Shown piece by piece: positions 21,801 through 35,300 of a stretch of DNA of 64,000 bases. A program made the translations under genes and the position numbers. Origin of the DNA: Marsupella aquatica. Taxonomy: Eukaryota > Plantae > Marchantiophyta. The stretch is taken from NCBI GenBank assembly GCA_973895155.1, contig OZ316894.1, forward strand, positions 9,895,440 to 9,959,439, written 5' to 3'. Below the pieces are notes generated by a model. It did not search any database. It worked only from the letters and a program-made list of their open reading frames with translations, and was not told the DNA's origin. Numbering within the stretch: the stretch's first letter is position 1; each line of letters begins with the position of its first letter.

Positions 21801-23951
21801 AATTCATTTGCCTTCTAGTACTCAATGATGGTTGGTCGGGTTCGCTTGTAATATTTAAATGGGAAACAGATGATAACAGAGTGAGATACTTTCTTTACAA
21901 AGTACGCAGGAGATATAATGAATTATCTTGAGAATTTATATAATTTGATGCTGGGAATGTTGATAAATCTGAGTATATCATTTGATACTGGAAATTTGCT
22001 TACAGATCATCCCCCTGAAGTTAATGAATCTGACTATTTAATTTGACACTGGGAACCAAGTTATGTCTAAACGTCTAAACCCACCCGAGGTTAATGAATC
22101 TGACCCCATTTCATTCGCTATTTGATCTACTCGGAAGATGTTTACTTGTGACGTCGCCATTCCCTGAATACTGACATAAACGCGGGGAATCTTCGCATCT
22201 TTTGACTGTCTGCCTAAATTTTTCATGGCTATCGTGCTTCGTCAGGCTCAGACAAATTCTTGAGACTTCTTGGTCCAATCGAAATAAGAGCTAGGCCATT
22301 CAACTGCAGAGCAGATTTGACTCACTGGTGCCAGTTTCAATATAGCTACTAAACATTTATGTTAGGACTGTGCATGATGTGATGTAAAACGAATACTGTT
22401 GGCTTATATAGAAAACAACATTTGACGCAATCAATCTAACCGAACTCCCGACCAAACTGTACGTTGTTGTCCGGGTTGTTGTCCGTGGGAAGGAATCAAA
22501 AACATCTTTAATTTGTAACTTATTCGCACGGAACGTCTTACAAATTGGTCAACAAGGTCTGTCTCTCCCAAAATAGCCATACCGAGTCCGTAGATATTTT
22601 GTTTAGGGTTAGCAGTGTCTTAGAGAGAACATTCCAATGAGACAAACACCATCATGTTCTGTCAAATAATAACAAAACCATTTTTTATTTTGACATTGTC
22701 GGGTACATTGTTGAATCAATTCTCAATCAGAATCAAACTACTTTTGTGTCAACAGATGCAAATTTCCTAGGTATGTTGCATCACACCATAGCAAGATACG
22801 AATTATCACAAAGAATTGAGTGTGATAGGTTTAAAAAACCATTATGTTGTCATAGTTTCTACAAAGACATCAACTTTCTTTGTTGCCTTGGAAGATACAG
22901 TTGAAATTAATTCAAAAAGCCAGTGAGCATAAACATGGGTAGTTTAATGCAACCCGCTGCAGGCACACGGCCTCCTGCCTGCCCCCCCTCCCCCTCGTAA
23001 TCACACCAGGTCCACAACCCCAGGTCCGCTCAGCTGTAAATAGATGCTCATTTCTAGTTTCATGAAATGAACATATAATAGCTCCAATAGAATGAGATAA
23101 ATAATTTTTTTATCAGTCTTGATATTTTATGACAGTCTGTTTCTAATAAAGCAAGATTGTGATGTAGTAGGATGTAGTAGGCCTGCTATATTTCACAGAC
23201 CTTTGCAAGAGTATCTTGAATGGCCCTTCCATGGTCCTTTTCTCGTTTGATTCACTACCCTCATGCCCGACGTCAGTGATTGGTGAGAAGAAAAAGAAGC
23301 TTCTTTCATGTCCCGCCCCACCACCCGGATCTGGATGACATCACAGGTTACTGCCCCCCCTGGCCAGACTTAGTATTGTCTAGAGTGAAGCTTCTGTGGT
23401 GAGCTAGAGTCACGGTCTCAAGTGAAGCTTCTATTCGAGGCTAAAGTTAAGACTGCAAGATTGTGAGAGAAACGAACATTACAGTAAGATTGTCAGTGAG
23501 AGAAACGAACATTGCAGTAAGATTGTGAGGAACGTACGTGAATGTATATCTATGCATCAGTGGGGAAGACAGAAATCAGGCATTGGGGTCAGGGACTTGC
23601 GTCGGATCCCAGGGAACGAGGACGTAAAGACTGAACGGGACTACCACAATTGCGCTGTTGAGTGATTTTGATTGAGTGGCCAGAAGACGATCGTTTGCTC
23701 TTTTGCTTCAGCAATTCAGCTGCGATTGCACTGTAAGCTCTGATTTCAGTTCAGGCCGCTGACTTGTTCCTCACATTGCACTGATTCACAGAGTCTTTTA
23801 ACGTCATCCATCACTCTAGCTCTCTTTCTCTCCCTTTGAATGTCTGAGATTCTTGGATATAGCTAGTGGCGATTATTCCTAAAACTTCGGTCACTCACCT
23901 TCCAGAAAAGTTTCGCAAGGTACGTCGTTCAACATAGTCCCTGAAGCAAAG

Positions 23952-26591
23952 ATGGCGATAACCATGCTCAGAGCTGCAGCTGCCACAGCAGTGGTCGTGC
24001 TCGCGTGCGCCATGATTTTCCCGGGAGGCGCTGCTGCAGCAGAAAAGCTCTACACGAAGACTTTCAGATCGATACCCTTCATACTGGGCCCTGGGGACGT
24101 TTGTGACAAGTACTTACCCATGGAGATGCCAAAGGGCCACATCGCGCTTCGCAGCTTCAACGGTCAAGTCGTGGACGAGGACGGAGTTCCCGTTCCTCTC
24201 CACGAAACCTACCTCCATCACTGGGCAGTTCACCGCTACTACACGCCCACGTCCAGCATAGGTCTCCGGGAGCCCATCCGCGCATCCAACTGGGGAGTTT
24301 GCGACACTGGAAACCTTGACCAAATGTATGGGCTGGGCTCCGAGACCCGACACACTGCGACTGACATTCCAGCCCCCTACGGTATCGAGGTTGGCAACCC
24401 AGAGAGCGTACCCGAGGGATACGAAGAGATATGGGAACTCAACATCCATGCCATCGACACTCGGGGCGCCGTGGACAAGAGGGGATGCACAGAGTGCGTG
24501 TGCGAGCTTTACAACATTACCGTGGACCCGTCTGGCGAACATGACCATCCCATTCCAGAGGATTACCCAGGTGGGCTGGAATGCTGCTACGATGAAACGC
24601 ACTGTATCGTGCACCCGGAGTACGAGGGCCCGAGGAGGACCTTGTTCATGGAGTATTACGTCAACTGGGTCGAAATGTCGTCGGATGTTGTTCCCGTGAA
24701 AGTTTATATCTTCGATGTCACGGATGAGAGGACAACTGTCAGTGGCGCAGACAAATGCTGGGTGAGAGCAATCAGTCAGTCTCAGTCAATCTCCTGCTTG
24801 CAATTTACACCTCAGTTTTACGTAGATTTTTCATGAGTCGATCCGTCATCCTCAGCTCAGATTAAAATTTTAAGTTCAATGAAATCTCTTTTGGCTGGTC
24901 GTGTTGAACTCACCTTCCCACGGGATTCCAAGGCAGTCCTGACTTACTTTAGCTCGTTTCCAAGTCAGTTCCAAGTCATAACTAGCTTGGAATCGTATGT
25001 GGCTAGCAGATGTTTTCACCTAGTCAGCTCTGTTTTGTCAAGTCCATGGGCTTTGCATTTCTTTCTTCTTCTGTTATGTGGGGGAGGGGAAAATAACAGA
25101 GGCTCTGTTTTAAAGTAGATTGACAAATTTTGTACCAATCGTGATCATTCAAGTTTGACGGAAACTGATTGAGTATCTATCGCACGTCTTGCACAGGTTG
25201 AGTACACGGTGCCAAAGTGTACGGAGAAGCCTCCTGCATCTACAACCTAGAGAGTACCAACTTCTTACCTAACGGTGGGGATGTAATATACGGTGTGGCG
25301 CATCAACACGCTGGAGGTATTGGGTCGACTCTTTACAATTCGGTACGTTCTCTTTACTTATACAATTGAATTCTGGCTAGGCTGGATGACAGCCTACATC
25401 TCAAAACTGAGGTCGGATAGGATATTACGGATGATATTCACGTAACTCGGATATATATAAAGTAGAAGGATTGATGCCTTTGCCGAACAAGAATTCCCTA
25501 GCCAGAACCTGCAGTTCTTTGCAGTTCGTTTGCTCAGGGGTTTTAATTTTATCTCTCCATTCACTCATCGTTGTTGCCTTCTAATCATCGTTGTGCTCTA
25601 TACTTAGGATGGTTCGGAGATCTGCTCATCGATGCCCACTTATGGGAACGGGAGCGAGGCGGGCAATGAAGCTGGATACATTGTGGGAATGAGCACTTGC
25701 TATCCTACCCCTGGGCAAGTGAAAGTAAGAGGAGGGGAAGGGTTAAGGCTGACGTCCTGGTACAACAACGAAGACCGGCACACGGGTGTCATGGGCTTGT
25801 TCTATATCCTTGTTGACGAATCCACAGGCTCACTTCTGCCCGCGGCGTCACAGGTCAGTGATGAGTTGCATATATTTCACGTGGAAATTTACCGACCATC
25901 CTTAGATTGCTATTCAGATTGTCTATAGAAAGTCCTCAAAGTCTCTTCTACCGTCCTCATCAGACCTATCATTCAGGACTAGGAAACTTCAAATGTGCAT
26001 AGAAAGTCCTCAAACTCTCTACTACCATCCTCGTCGTGCCTATTATTCTCCAAATGTTCATAAAGTATCATAAAACTTACTGACTACTACCATTCACATC
26101 GTGCCCCTGATATATCGTGCTTATCATTCAAGGACTACAAATCTGTAAAGTCACTAAAGTAAATTGCCGCCGACGTGCGATGCAATTGGAATGAGAGCTT
26201 TAGACAGTCCAAGTAGACATCTGATTGGAATTAATTAACAGTTTAATTGATTCATATCATGGGCAAATTTGCAAGACCATCGGGGTCTTGGATTCTTGAG
26301 TTTGTGAGCCTAAATTGGCAATATATATGAAGCATACAGTGAACGAAATCAATCGTTCATTTGTGGGTTATGAAAACCGATTTTGCAGCATCTTTATTCT
26401 GGTTTCAACTAATCGATCTTGCACGGTTTCTTGCATCATGGTTTCTGCAGGATGGCTCCGGCAAAAAATGGATCCTATTTGCTGCAGCCCTCGGGTATGC
26501 TGTAGTCCTGATCGCCGCTGTAGTCGCATATCACCTGAAGAAGAAGAAAAGCGGGCCAGAGTACTATGAACGCTTGCGGGTAGGAGTATGA
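23952..26591 (+). pseudogene. SURNod19 family copy B with a 4-nt frameshifting deletion in exon 2
   Basis: Exons 23952-24761, 25197-25342 (146 nt vs 150 in copy A), 25608-25853, 26451-26591. TGT GCT GAA GGA has become TGT AC GGA, giving a premature TAG at 25248-25250. Confidence 0.85.
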
Positions 26592-27284
26592 TTGCCTTCG
26601 TTGAGCTGCAATCAAAGTGGGAGAGATGCAGCATTGAAAACAAATAGATTACTCACACAGTTGCAATGCTTTGAACGATTGGCCAAGTGTTAAATAATTA
26701 TATTTGACACGTAGCCTACCTTCAATGATACATCTTGCCTGGGTAGGAGCTGGATAGGATTATACTCTTAAGTTTGGTATCACTTATTTTGTGTATAGAG
26801 AATGAGGTCATTTGATTGTGTGTTGGGTAATTAAGTTTGAAGACAGCCAGAAAAGGGTGCACAATGATAGTCTTATCAGTCTCAGGCTAGAGAAGGAAAG
26901 CTAGTCCTTGTTTCTTCGATATACTTTTTATTTTTGACATGGTTGGTAAAATGATAAAGAAAAGCTGCTCAAAGCAATATTAGACTAAAATGATAAAGAA
27001 AAGCTGCTCAAAGCAATATTATTAGACTGTGTGGTGAACAAATTCCCATTGATGGCGTGCTTTTACTTTTCTCGAATCAAGCTATGGTTCATTAAAATTG
27101 AACAAGCTCAAATTTTATACGTTAGATTGAACATTCAGAGGAGTCAACTTACTGTGGGTAGGGAAAAGGAAACCAAGCGCTCATGTAAGGCAGCACGCGA
27201 GCAATTGGCTCTACAATGAGAGACAGACAGGGACATAGCCACCCCAAAAACAAAACCACACTTCCAAGTCTCTAATATAGTATT

Positions 27285-27525
27285 TGGTCGATCAGTTGGA
27301 TGGGGATCAGCTGGGTCTTAGGTTCAATCCCCCTTCACATGCAATGGTTGTGGAGGGTGAGTGTGTGAGTGGGGTGTAGTGGTGCTCCCTCCTGGTTCTG
27401 GGTATGACCCCCCCCCCCCCCCTTGTGGGCTACCCTATAGAGGTGCATTGATTCTAACTCCCAAGTTTATCATCTATCCTGTGTTGGATGAGTCGGCTTT
27501 GGTTTTCAAGGCAAAAGAAAAAAAC
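27285..27525 (+). mobile_element. tRNA-derived SINE-like element
   Basis: A-box-like ggtcgatcagttgg, B-box-like ggttcaatccc, A-rich tail caaggcaaaagaaaaaaa. Homologous to 44190-44785. No clear TSD. Confidence 0.5.
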
Positions 27526-28134
27526 TCCATATGCTTAATTAGAGTTGACTGAAATACTCATATTATTCAAATGTGGGCTGCACAACTGACCCAGACTTCT
27601 CCACAAGGTGTTTCATTTATAAATTTGCTTGGATCAGATCAGTGTCAACTCCAACAGTTCAATGGCTCGAATTGAAAGTTTACAGTAGCTCAAAGTTTAA
27701 TATCAATGGATGTAGAGGCAATCAAAGGATTTCACATGAAAAATAAACTAGAGTAGTTCAGGAAAAGCTTAATTAACTTTCTCTGGTTTTGAAACGTACT
27801 TAATTGTCAAGCTTCTTAAGCTCAACAATTCACTGGTTGTGTAAACTTGACAAACTTCAAAACTTAACTGGAAAAAGAGAAAGGAATTAGAAGAAATTAA
27901 ATTAATTATGTTTGGTGTGACCACGCTTCTCCAAGCAAGAAACTTACAAAGTCTTCCCCTTTACCCTCCATGCTACACCATGCTCCTCCCTCTACCATCC
28001 AATCATGTTAATCATGCATACAAAGTGTTCCTTCCTCTACCATCCATGTCATACTATGCTCTATGTCATATCATCTATGCATAGCAAGTGCTAGTACGTA
28101 CATCATGAGGGGCAAGGGGCCTGAGGTAAACGTT

Positions 28135-28270
28135 TAGTAAACTACATCTTTTGCGCAACGACATATTTACTTAATGACATCTTTCAAGCAATGACATATT
28201 TTACTTAACGACATCTTTTATTTAACAAAATTTAAATGTAATGACATATTTATGCACCAACATCTTTTGT
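28135..28270. repeat. Array of ~18-20-bp degenerate repeats (core aa(c/t)gacat(a/c)ttt), probably TE subterminal
   Basis: About seven acat(c/a)ttt cores in 135 bp. Confidence 0.55.
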
Positions 28271-29584
28271 GCAGTGCACAGGAATTGAGCTTGTTTATAA
28301 TGAAGTCCAGATGGACCGAGTTGCCAAACACATTCCCATGGAGTGCATAAAGTCATCACCCAGTTGGTACCCACAATAAAGAAAAAAAGGGTCAGTTGGG
28401 AACAGGTGCTTTGGGAGTGGACCTTTCACTTTTGTATACTAAGGATAACCAAGTAGTTTTTGCAGGTGCCCAGACTAACTGTAAATTGCTGTTTTTTCAC
28501 AGACTTGTTCATTTACTTGGACAGCTTTTGTATCTTAGTTTGCTAAAACTCGGAGTTTTCTACCATGTTCCCTTATGCCCAATCTACTACCTGGTAGAAT
28601 TTGAGGCTTTTTTGAAATTATTTGTTTCATTTTGATGAGCACAAAGATGGTCAGATGTTATAAATTAACTGCAAATGGATGCCTCACTTTTAGAAAACCA
28701 GAAGTCAAGTCGCTCCAAACCACTCAAGGCTTCCTTCACAAAATTGAAGCATCCTTCCCAAATGTGGGTAATTTGTCGCTCATGCCGAACTACTCAGTAA
28801 TCTATGCATGTCAACTGAAGCATCCACTGTCAGTTAGTTTATAACATTTGACAATTTTTGTGCTCATCGGACATGGAGCAAATGATGTCAGAAAAATCTC
28901 AAACTTTGAGAGATAATAGATTGAATATCAGAAAACATGCAGGCAAAAATTTTGAGATTAAACAAAGATCTAAATAAATATGCAAGTTTACTTAAAACCA
29001 ACAATTTACAGTTGGTTAGGTGCCTGGAAAAAACTACTCAAGGTGTCCCTAGAAAAACCCTTCCAAAAGTAGTAGGTTACTTTTTTTGTTGTGTAAATTG
29101 ATGATGACAACTGTAGGTAGTCCATGGGGATTGGCACAAGAAACCCCTCTGTCCATCTTGGCTTAATATTCAAGAATCTGAGAGCCAACTCGCATGTGAG
29201 GGGTCATATGTTTTCCAGCCCTCAAACTGAGCACCGCAGAATAACTGAGTTTAGGACAACGCCTTAATCCCCTCCTCCGCCAGGCCTTATGGCAAAAATT
29301 AGGAGTTACAAGAGCAAGGGCAGGAAACTTTTCAGGCTTTGAGGTCCCGACCTCAAATTCCCGGTATAAAACAAAAGCCAAAATGTAACACATGTAGTGA
29401 AACTTTGTCATTGCAAGCTTTGCCGTGCGCCATGGAGTAGATACTGTCCTCAAACCAGATCTGCTTTTTTCCTAAAGTTTATGTGGGCCTTATTGTCACT
29501 GTTGATGAGATACCTTCACATGCAAGTTGGCTCCAAAGTTACAATCGTTGCAAGGTGGCTCTAAAGTTACAAGAGTGTGATGAT

Positions 29585-30160
29585 CTAAAATGGATCTATC
29601 TATTAAGTACAATGACTAGGCCCTGATCCCCTCTAAAATGGATCTAAGGCTAAGTATAAAATAACTAAGCCCTGATCACCTCTAAACTGGATCTAAGTCT
29701 AAGTATAATGACTAAGCCCTGATCCCCTCTAAAAGTGGATCTAAGTCTAAGTATAATAAGTAAGCCCTGATCCCCTCTAAAATGGATCTAAGTCTTTAGA
29801 GTGCAGGGTAATCCTTCCTCCCTGCCCCCTAAAATTATATGCCCCCCCCCCCCCCCCCCCCGCACCCCCGCACATGACGATAATTAATGTTGCCCTCTCA
29901 TTGGTTCCAAGATTGTCGGAACACTGCCTATTCCTCAGCTTTCCAGACATGGAACCTTTGCTCTAACTATAATAACTAAGCCCTGATCGCCTCTAAAATG
30001 CACATATGGAACCTTGCTCTAATAAGTATAATAACTAAGCCCTGATCCCCTCTTAAATACACATGCGGCCCTAAGTCTAAGTATAATAACTAAGCCCTGA
30101 TCCCCTCTTAAATACACATGCGGCCCTAAGTCTAAGTATAATAACTAAGCCCTGATCCCG
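29585..30160. repeat. Minisatellite, ~47-52-bp unit, about 9 copies in two blocks split by a poly-C segment
   Basis: Unit ctaagccctgatcccctctaaaatggatctaagtctaagtataataa; blocks ~29585-29795 and ~29965-30160. Confidence 0.9.
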
Positions 30161-32309
30161 CCATGAACGACGATTATTAGACTGCAGCAAGTTCGGTCCC
30201 CTACAGTAGTGAATTGAACGTGGGCAATAATTGTGATCCTTTGCGGGACCCTCGTTGCTTCCACATTCCACAACCTAACGAAACATCGACAGAATGCCGA
30301 CAACCATGCACGCACGAGACGTCTGCCACCGTCTTCGCTCTTCCCTCGTCCCTGGTCCCCTGCCTCAGTGCCTCTCCTCTCTGCCATCGCGCCCTCCCAC
30401 GAGTCCCACCACGACTCCTCTTGCCCTGCGCCCTTTACTCTCTGGTACCTCTCGATCATTCTGTCGTCTCTGAGGTCTCTGAGGTCCAGAGCTTCTTCTC
30501 GTGCAGTTCCCACACTCCTCTGTCGGCTCTCGGTCTGCTATTGCGCTCCTTCCTCCTCCTCGTGCTTCCTGTAGCGTCGATTGATCGGTTCCGTCGTGTT
30601 GCCCTACCAGGTCCTCGTTCTTTGGTCAAACCGTATTGTATGATTGTGTGGCGCTTTGCCTTGAGAGGTTTTTGTGCATTTCTTTACTTTAGCTTAGAGG
30701 AGTACAAGATGAAACATCTGTCTCTCTTCTTGTGCCGTGAAAGATCTTGATGCATTTCAGTACAACGGAGGTCATCGTTTTCTTGTCACCGCTGACTCGT
30801 AAATCTTGTCTATATCGCTGGAGGGTCAATCCCGTATTTGTTTTGTGTCTGTGATCGTCTGGTTTTTCTGTGTCTCTCCCTCTCGGACGCTCACTCCCTT
30901 ACTCAAGTCTGCATCTCTCTCGCTCTGTCCGGTGGAGGCGATCGGTGTCAGGTGGAAGAACGAGAAATCACTGCAGGGAGGATGAATGCAAGGATTCTGA
31001 TCGCATGTCGTCCTCATTCCAGTACTTAGCCGTCCATCGGTGCGAGAGAGACCACTCGCGACGGATTGACGGTGATTCTTTGATTGTGGTCTCGTGTTAC
31101 AGAACCCCTCTGGGAAATTGATCTGATTTGAGTTATAAGCGGATCGAAGGACGTCAGGAGAATCTTCAGTAGTTTTGACGTTTCAGTCTTCTTAGTCTCT
31201 CTTTTTGTCACTGGCTCTCCCCCTCTTTCTCTCTCGCCTTCTCTCGCCTGTTCCGTCCCGTTTACTTCTGTCCGAGCATGCTTGAGCAATAGAGATATCC
31301 TCTGCTGATTAGTTTGTCGATCGATTGATCCATGGATGAACAATTATCTTGTCATGATTGGCGGTGATCTGATGTGGAGTAAGAGTGCGAAGCAGGATGT
31401 CGTACTGAAGCATTACTGCAGTTTTGGCGGGTTTGAAAAAAGAAACCAATCAAGTCTTAATTATCCTGGAGACTCCTCGGTGGCCACGGATGGATGAGCG
31501 AACAGTTTTCTATCCCCGCATGTAGATTGAAAAGTCAAATGGCAGGCAAGAAGGACTAGAACCCTTCGATGAAATGAAATTCTCCTTCTTCAGGGCGATG
31601 GACAAACGATTTCCTCTTCTTCATTGATCCGCATCGAAGGCCTGAGCTTTCCTCAACATGTAGATTGCGACAGGGTCTTTGGTGCCTGCCACTCTCGTTC
31701 CCTGCGATGGGTGGTGGGGAACTGTCCTTCGGTTGTGGATTCTGGTACTTCATTTATATATACAAGCAAGGGTGCCGCAAATTCGATTTCTGAGGTTGGT
31801 TCTACATCTTTAAAGTATGGTTGAGGGTGAAATCCGTTAAAGGCTCGCGTCGTCCAGGGCTTACGTTGGTGGCCCTGGTCCACTTAATTTGGCTTGTAAC
31901 ATGCTAAATGTGGTTAAAGCCATTCCGTCCTAGGCGGCAAGTGAGGTGAAATTGTTCATTTGCTTGAATGATGACTGTGGTGGGAAACAGCATGTGGTGT
32001 CTGAATCTTCCATTGTTGTCTAGTGAAACTAGTAAAGTTGTGCCAATTGCCTTGCATGACCAGAATCTCTCCACTGGTTCCGTGATTGTCGTTTACTAAC
32101 TTTTAATTCTAGTAGTTGATTGAAATATGGCTATGCAAGGCTGTTGCTAAAAACCGGAGTGCATTACTACCAGCTGTCTATATTTTGAGTCTATCCACTC
32201 GCCAATGAAGGCCTTGACGTCCTTCGTTCTGTACTTTTTGTCCGGGCGTTTCTCTTTTGCGAAGGGCCTTAGCTCAGTCTGAACAATTGGTGTTATTCCC
32301 TACTTGCAG

Positions 32310-35300
32310 ATGAGGCGCGTGAGTTCATATGGAGGCCCCTCTGGAGTTCCTGGTTCGGAGAGGCTCAGACTGAGGTTATCATCGACACCAGGCTTGCACC
32401 TACTCTCCAGCAGTCCTTTAGAGGAAACTGGGTTTCTAGCTATAGCGGGAGACCCGCAAGATGAGAGGGTTTTCCACCGAACATATGGGGCAGCTCGGAA
32501 TTTTTACGCGATAGCATCTAACTTAAAACAGGTAGCCAAACGAGAACCTTGGTTGACCCGGACGGATTTTGGACCTGTGGTGAAGGGAACGATTGTATTG
32601 GATGAACCAGTTGATGTTGATGAGCATTGCAATGGTGGAGCACCAGCTGTTCTTGTACAGAAAGTGGAAGGGAACCATTGTAGCAGTCCAGGGCAGAATG
32701 ACAGTGGGACGGGAGAGGTAGGCGTTGAAGCTGTCCATGAAGTCTCCTTCAATGATAGCCAAGTGGTCGAAGAAGTTGAATTGGAGAAATGCACTGGAGC
32801 ATCAGCTTCGGAGGATCATTTGTTTGGGCTCCCTGATAGCCAGGGTTGCGAGTCAAGTTTGTTGGGAACCCGTCTAGTGGCAAGTCAACAAGTAGAAAGG
32901 CTGGATTTGGAAACAGAACAACCCTCTATTTATCGTTTAGAGGTAGAAGATTCTTTATCAACATCACCCATATCTGCAGGACAGGATGCTCAGACTTCTC
33001 GAAGGGGGAAGTGTAAAGTTGCCATTGCTGACACTGAGGACATTCTCAGCAATGAAAAGTCGCAAGAGGTGGAGACTGGTGCAAGTCTCCATGATTCTGA
33101 GAGCGATCGGTGCAAGGACGTGTCTGCAGTTAATATTCAGAGGTATTGGAGAGGATGGCTAGAAAGAAAGCATTATAGGGAAGTCGAGGGCAGGATAGTA
33201 TTCTTGCAGTCGTTGGTAAGGAGGAATCAGGAATTGAAGCACTATCATGGAATAATGCAGGCTGCGGTAGTGCTTCAGAAGCACTGGCGAGTACTCCAAA
33301 GCGTGCAAGCTCTGAAACGTCTGAAATTAGAACAGGCATTGCGGGAGCAGCGCAGAGTCTATGATGCAGCTATTGTGGTGCAAAAATACTGGCGATCTGT
33401 TCGAAGCAGACGTCTGCTTAACAACCTGAGAAAAGAACTTTACATAACAGCCCAGCAGAGGAATAATCATGCAGCTTTAGTGTTGCAAAAGCATTGGCGA
33501 GCCCAGCGAGGAAGGTATCTGGTGAAAAGACTAAAGTTGGAACAGGTCGCGAGGGAGCAGGAGAGAACTAAAGACGCAGCTGTAGTGCTGCAAAAACATT
33601 GGCGAGCTCGGCGAGGAAGGTGTTTGGTGAAATATTTGAAGATGGAACAGGCCGTGGAGGAGAAGCAGAGAATTGATGATGCAGCTGTAGTGATGCAGAA
33701 ACATTGGCGAGCTCGGCGAGGAAGGTGCGAGGTCAAACAACTGAAAACCGAGCAGGTCGTGATGGAGCAGAAGAGAATCCATGATGCCACTGTAATGCTG
33801 CAAAAATGTTGGCGAGCCCAGCAAGGCAGGCGCTCGGTAGAGCTTCTGAAATTGGAACTTGCTGCAAGGGAACAGCTCCGAACGCGTAATGCTGCCATTG
33901 TGTTGCAGAAATATTGGCGGGCGAAGGAAGGGAGATTCGCTTTGAGATGTTTGAAAGCGGAACAGGTTGCGAGGGAGCAGCTTAGGATGGACAATGCTGC
34001 CATTGTGCTGCAGAAACACTGGAGGGCAATGCAGGGTCGATGCTTGTTAAAACATCTGAAAATGGATAAGGTCGCAAGGGAGACACAAAGAACTGTTGAC
34101 GCGGCTCTAGTGGTGCAAAAGGTTTGGCGCGCAAAGCAGGGTAGGTCCTATGAAAAGTATTTGAAATTGGAACTAGTTGCCAAGGAGCAGCAAAGAAGTG
34201 ATCATGCAGCGATAGCGATACAGAAGCTTTGGCGATCTCAGCAAGGCAAGTGCTTGGTGAAACGTTTGAGAATGGAGCAGGCTGTGAGGGAGACGCAGAA
34301 AATCGAACATGCAGCTGTAGTCATACAGAAACATTTTCGAGCCCAGCAAGCCAGGTGTTCAATTGTGAACCGTATGAGAACGGAGGAGGCTGTGAGAGAG
34401 AAGCAGAGGATTGATCAGGCTACAATAGTACTCCAAAAGCATTGGCGAGGACGATGTGGTAGGATTTTGGTGAAACATAAGAGAATGGAACTCCGTGTTA
34501 AGGAGTTGCAGAGAATTGACCATGCTGCTATAAATCTACAAAAACTCTGGCGAGCTCGCCAAAGCAGAGTTTTGGTTGAACACATGAGAATGGAACAGCT
34601 AGTGACGCAGCGGAAAATGTTTGACGCAACTATGGTGCTGCAGAAACATTGGCGAGGTAGGCAGAGCAGGTGTTTGGTTACAGACCTGAAGGAGAAGCAT
34701 CTGAAAATAGAGCTGGCTTCAAGGGAGAGGCATAGAGCTAGTGCAGCAACAACATTGCAGAAGCAGTGGCGAGCTTGGCAAAGCATTCTCTTTGTGAAAC
34801 GTGTGAAGACTGAAGCGGCTGTGAGGGATCAGCAGAGACTTGATAATGCAGCTACCATATTTCAAAAATGTTGGCGAGGTCGCCGTAGCAGGCTTTTATT
34901 GAAGCATTTGAAGACTGTACAGGCGTTGAGGAAACTGAAGAGAGTAAATAATGCAGCACTTGTACTGCAGAAAAATTGGCGAATATTTCGAAGTAAACAA
35001 ATGGTAAAGTTTCTGTACTTGCAACAGGCTGCAAGGGAGCGTGCTGCAGTATGCATTCAAGCACGTGTAAGGGGTAATGCAACTAGGGTCAAGCTAAAGG
35101 CTGCTCTTTCTATTCAAAAAGCATGGCAACTATATTGGTCTTCTCGGGTCAATGTCTCTGCTGTCTCCATCCAGCGTGCTTTTCTGTCTTCCAGTGACGA
35201 AAATCGGAAGATCCAAGCTATTATTGTCTTGCAGGCCTATGTCTGTGGCCTTGCAGACAGACGAAGGTTGGTTCAAATGCCCAAGCCAGGCACCTTATCT

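Larger units (their letters stand above)
15700..27050. repeat. Large inverted segmental duplication: arms ~15700-19400 and ~23270-27050 around a ~3.9-kb spacer
   Basis: Exons, introns, 3' flank and promoter-proximal motifs of the two SURNod19 genes align in inverted orientation. Arm boundaries are approximate. Confidence 0.9.

Noticed and set aside
15700-27050. Hairpin-RNA locus from the inverted duplication
   Set aside because: The genes are transcribed divergently, so neither mRNA spans both arms, and there is no evidence for a read-through transcript.
28105-29902. Possible TIR element (atgaggggcaa / ttgccctctcat)
   Set aside because: The match is short and gapped with no TSD.
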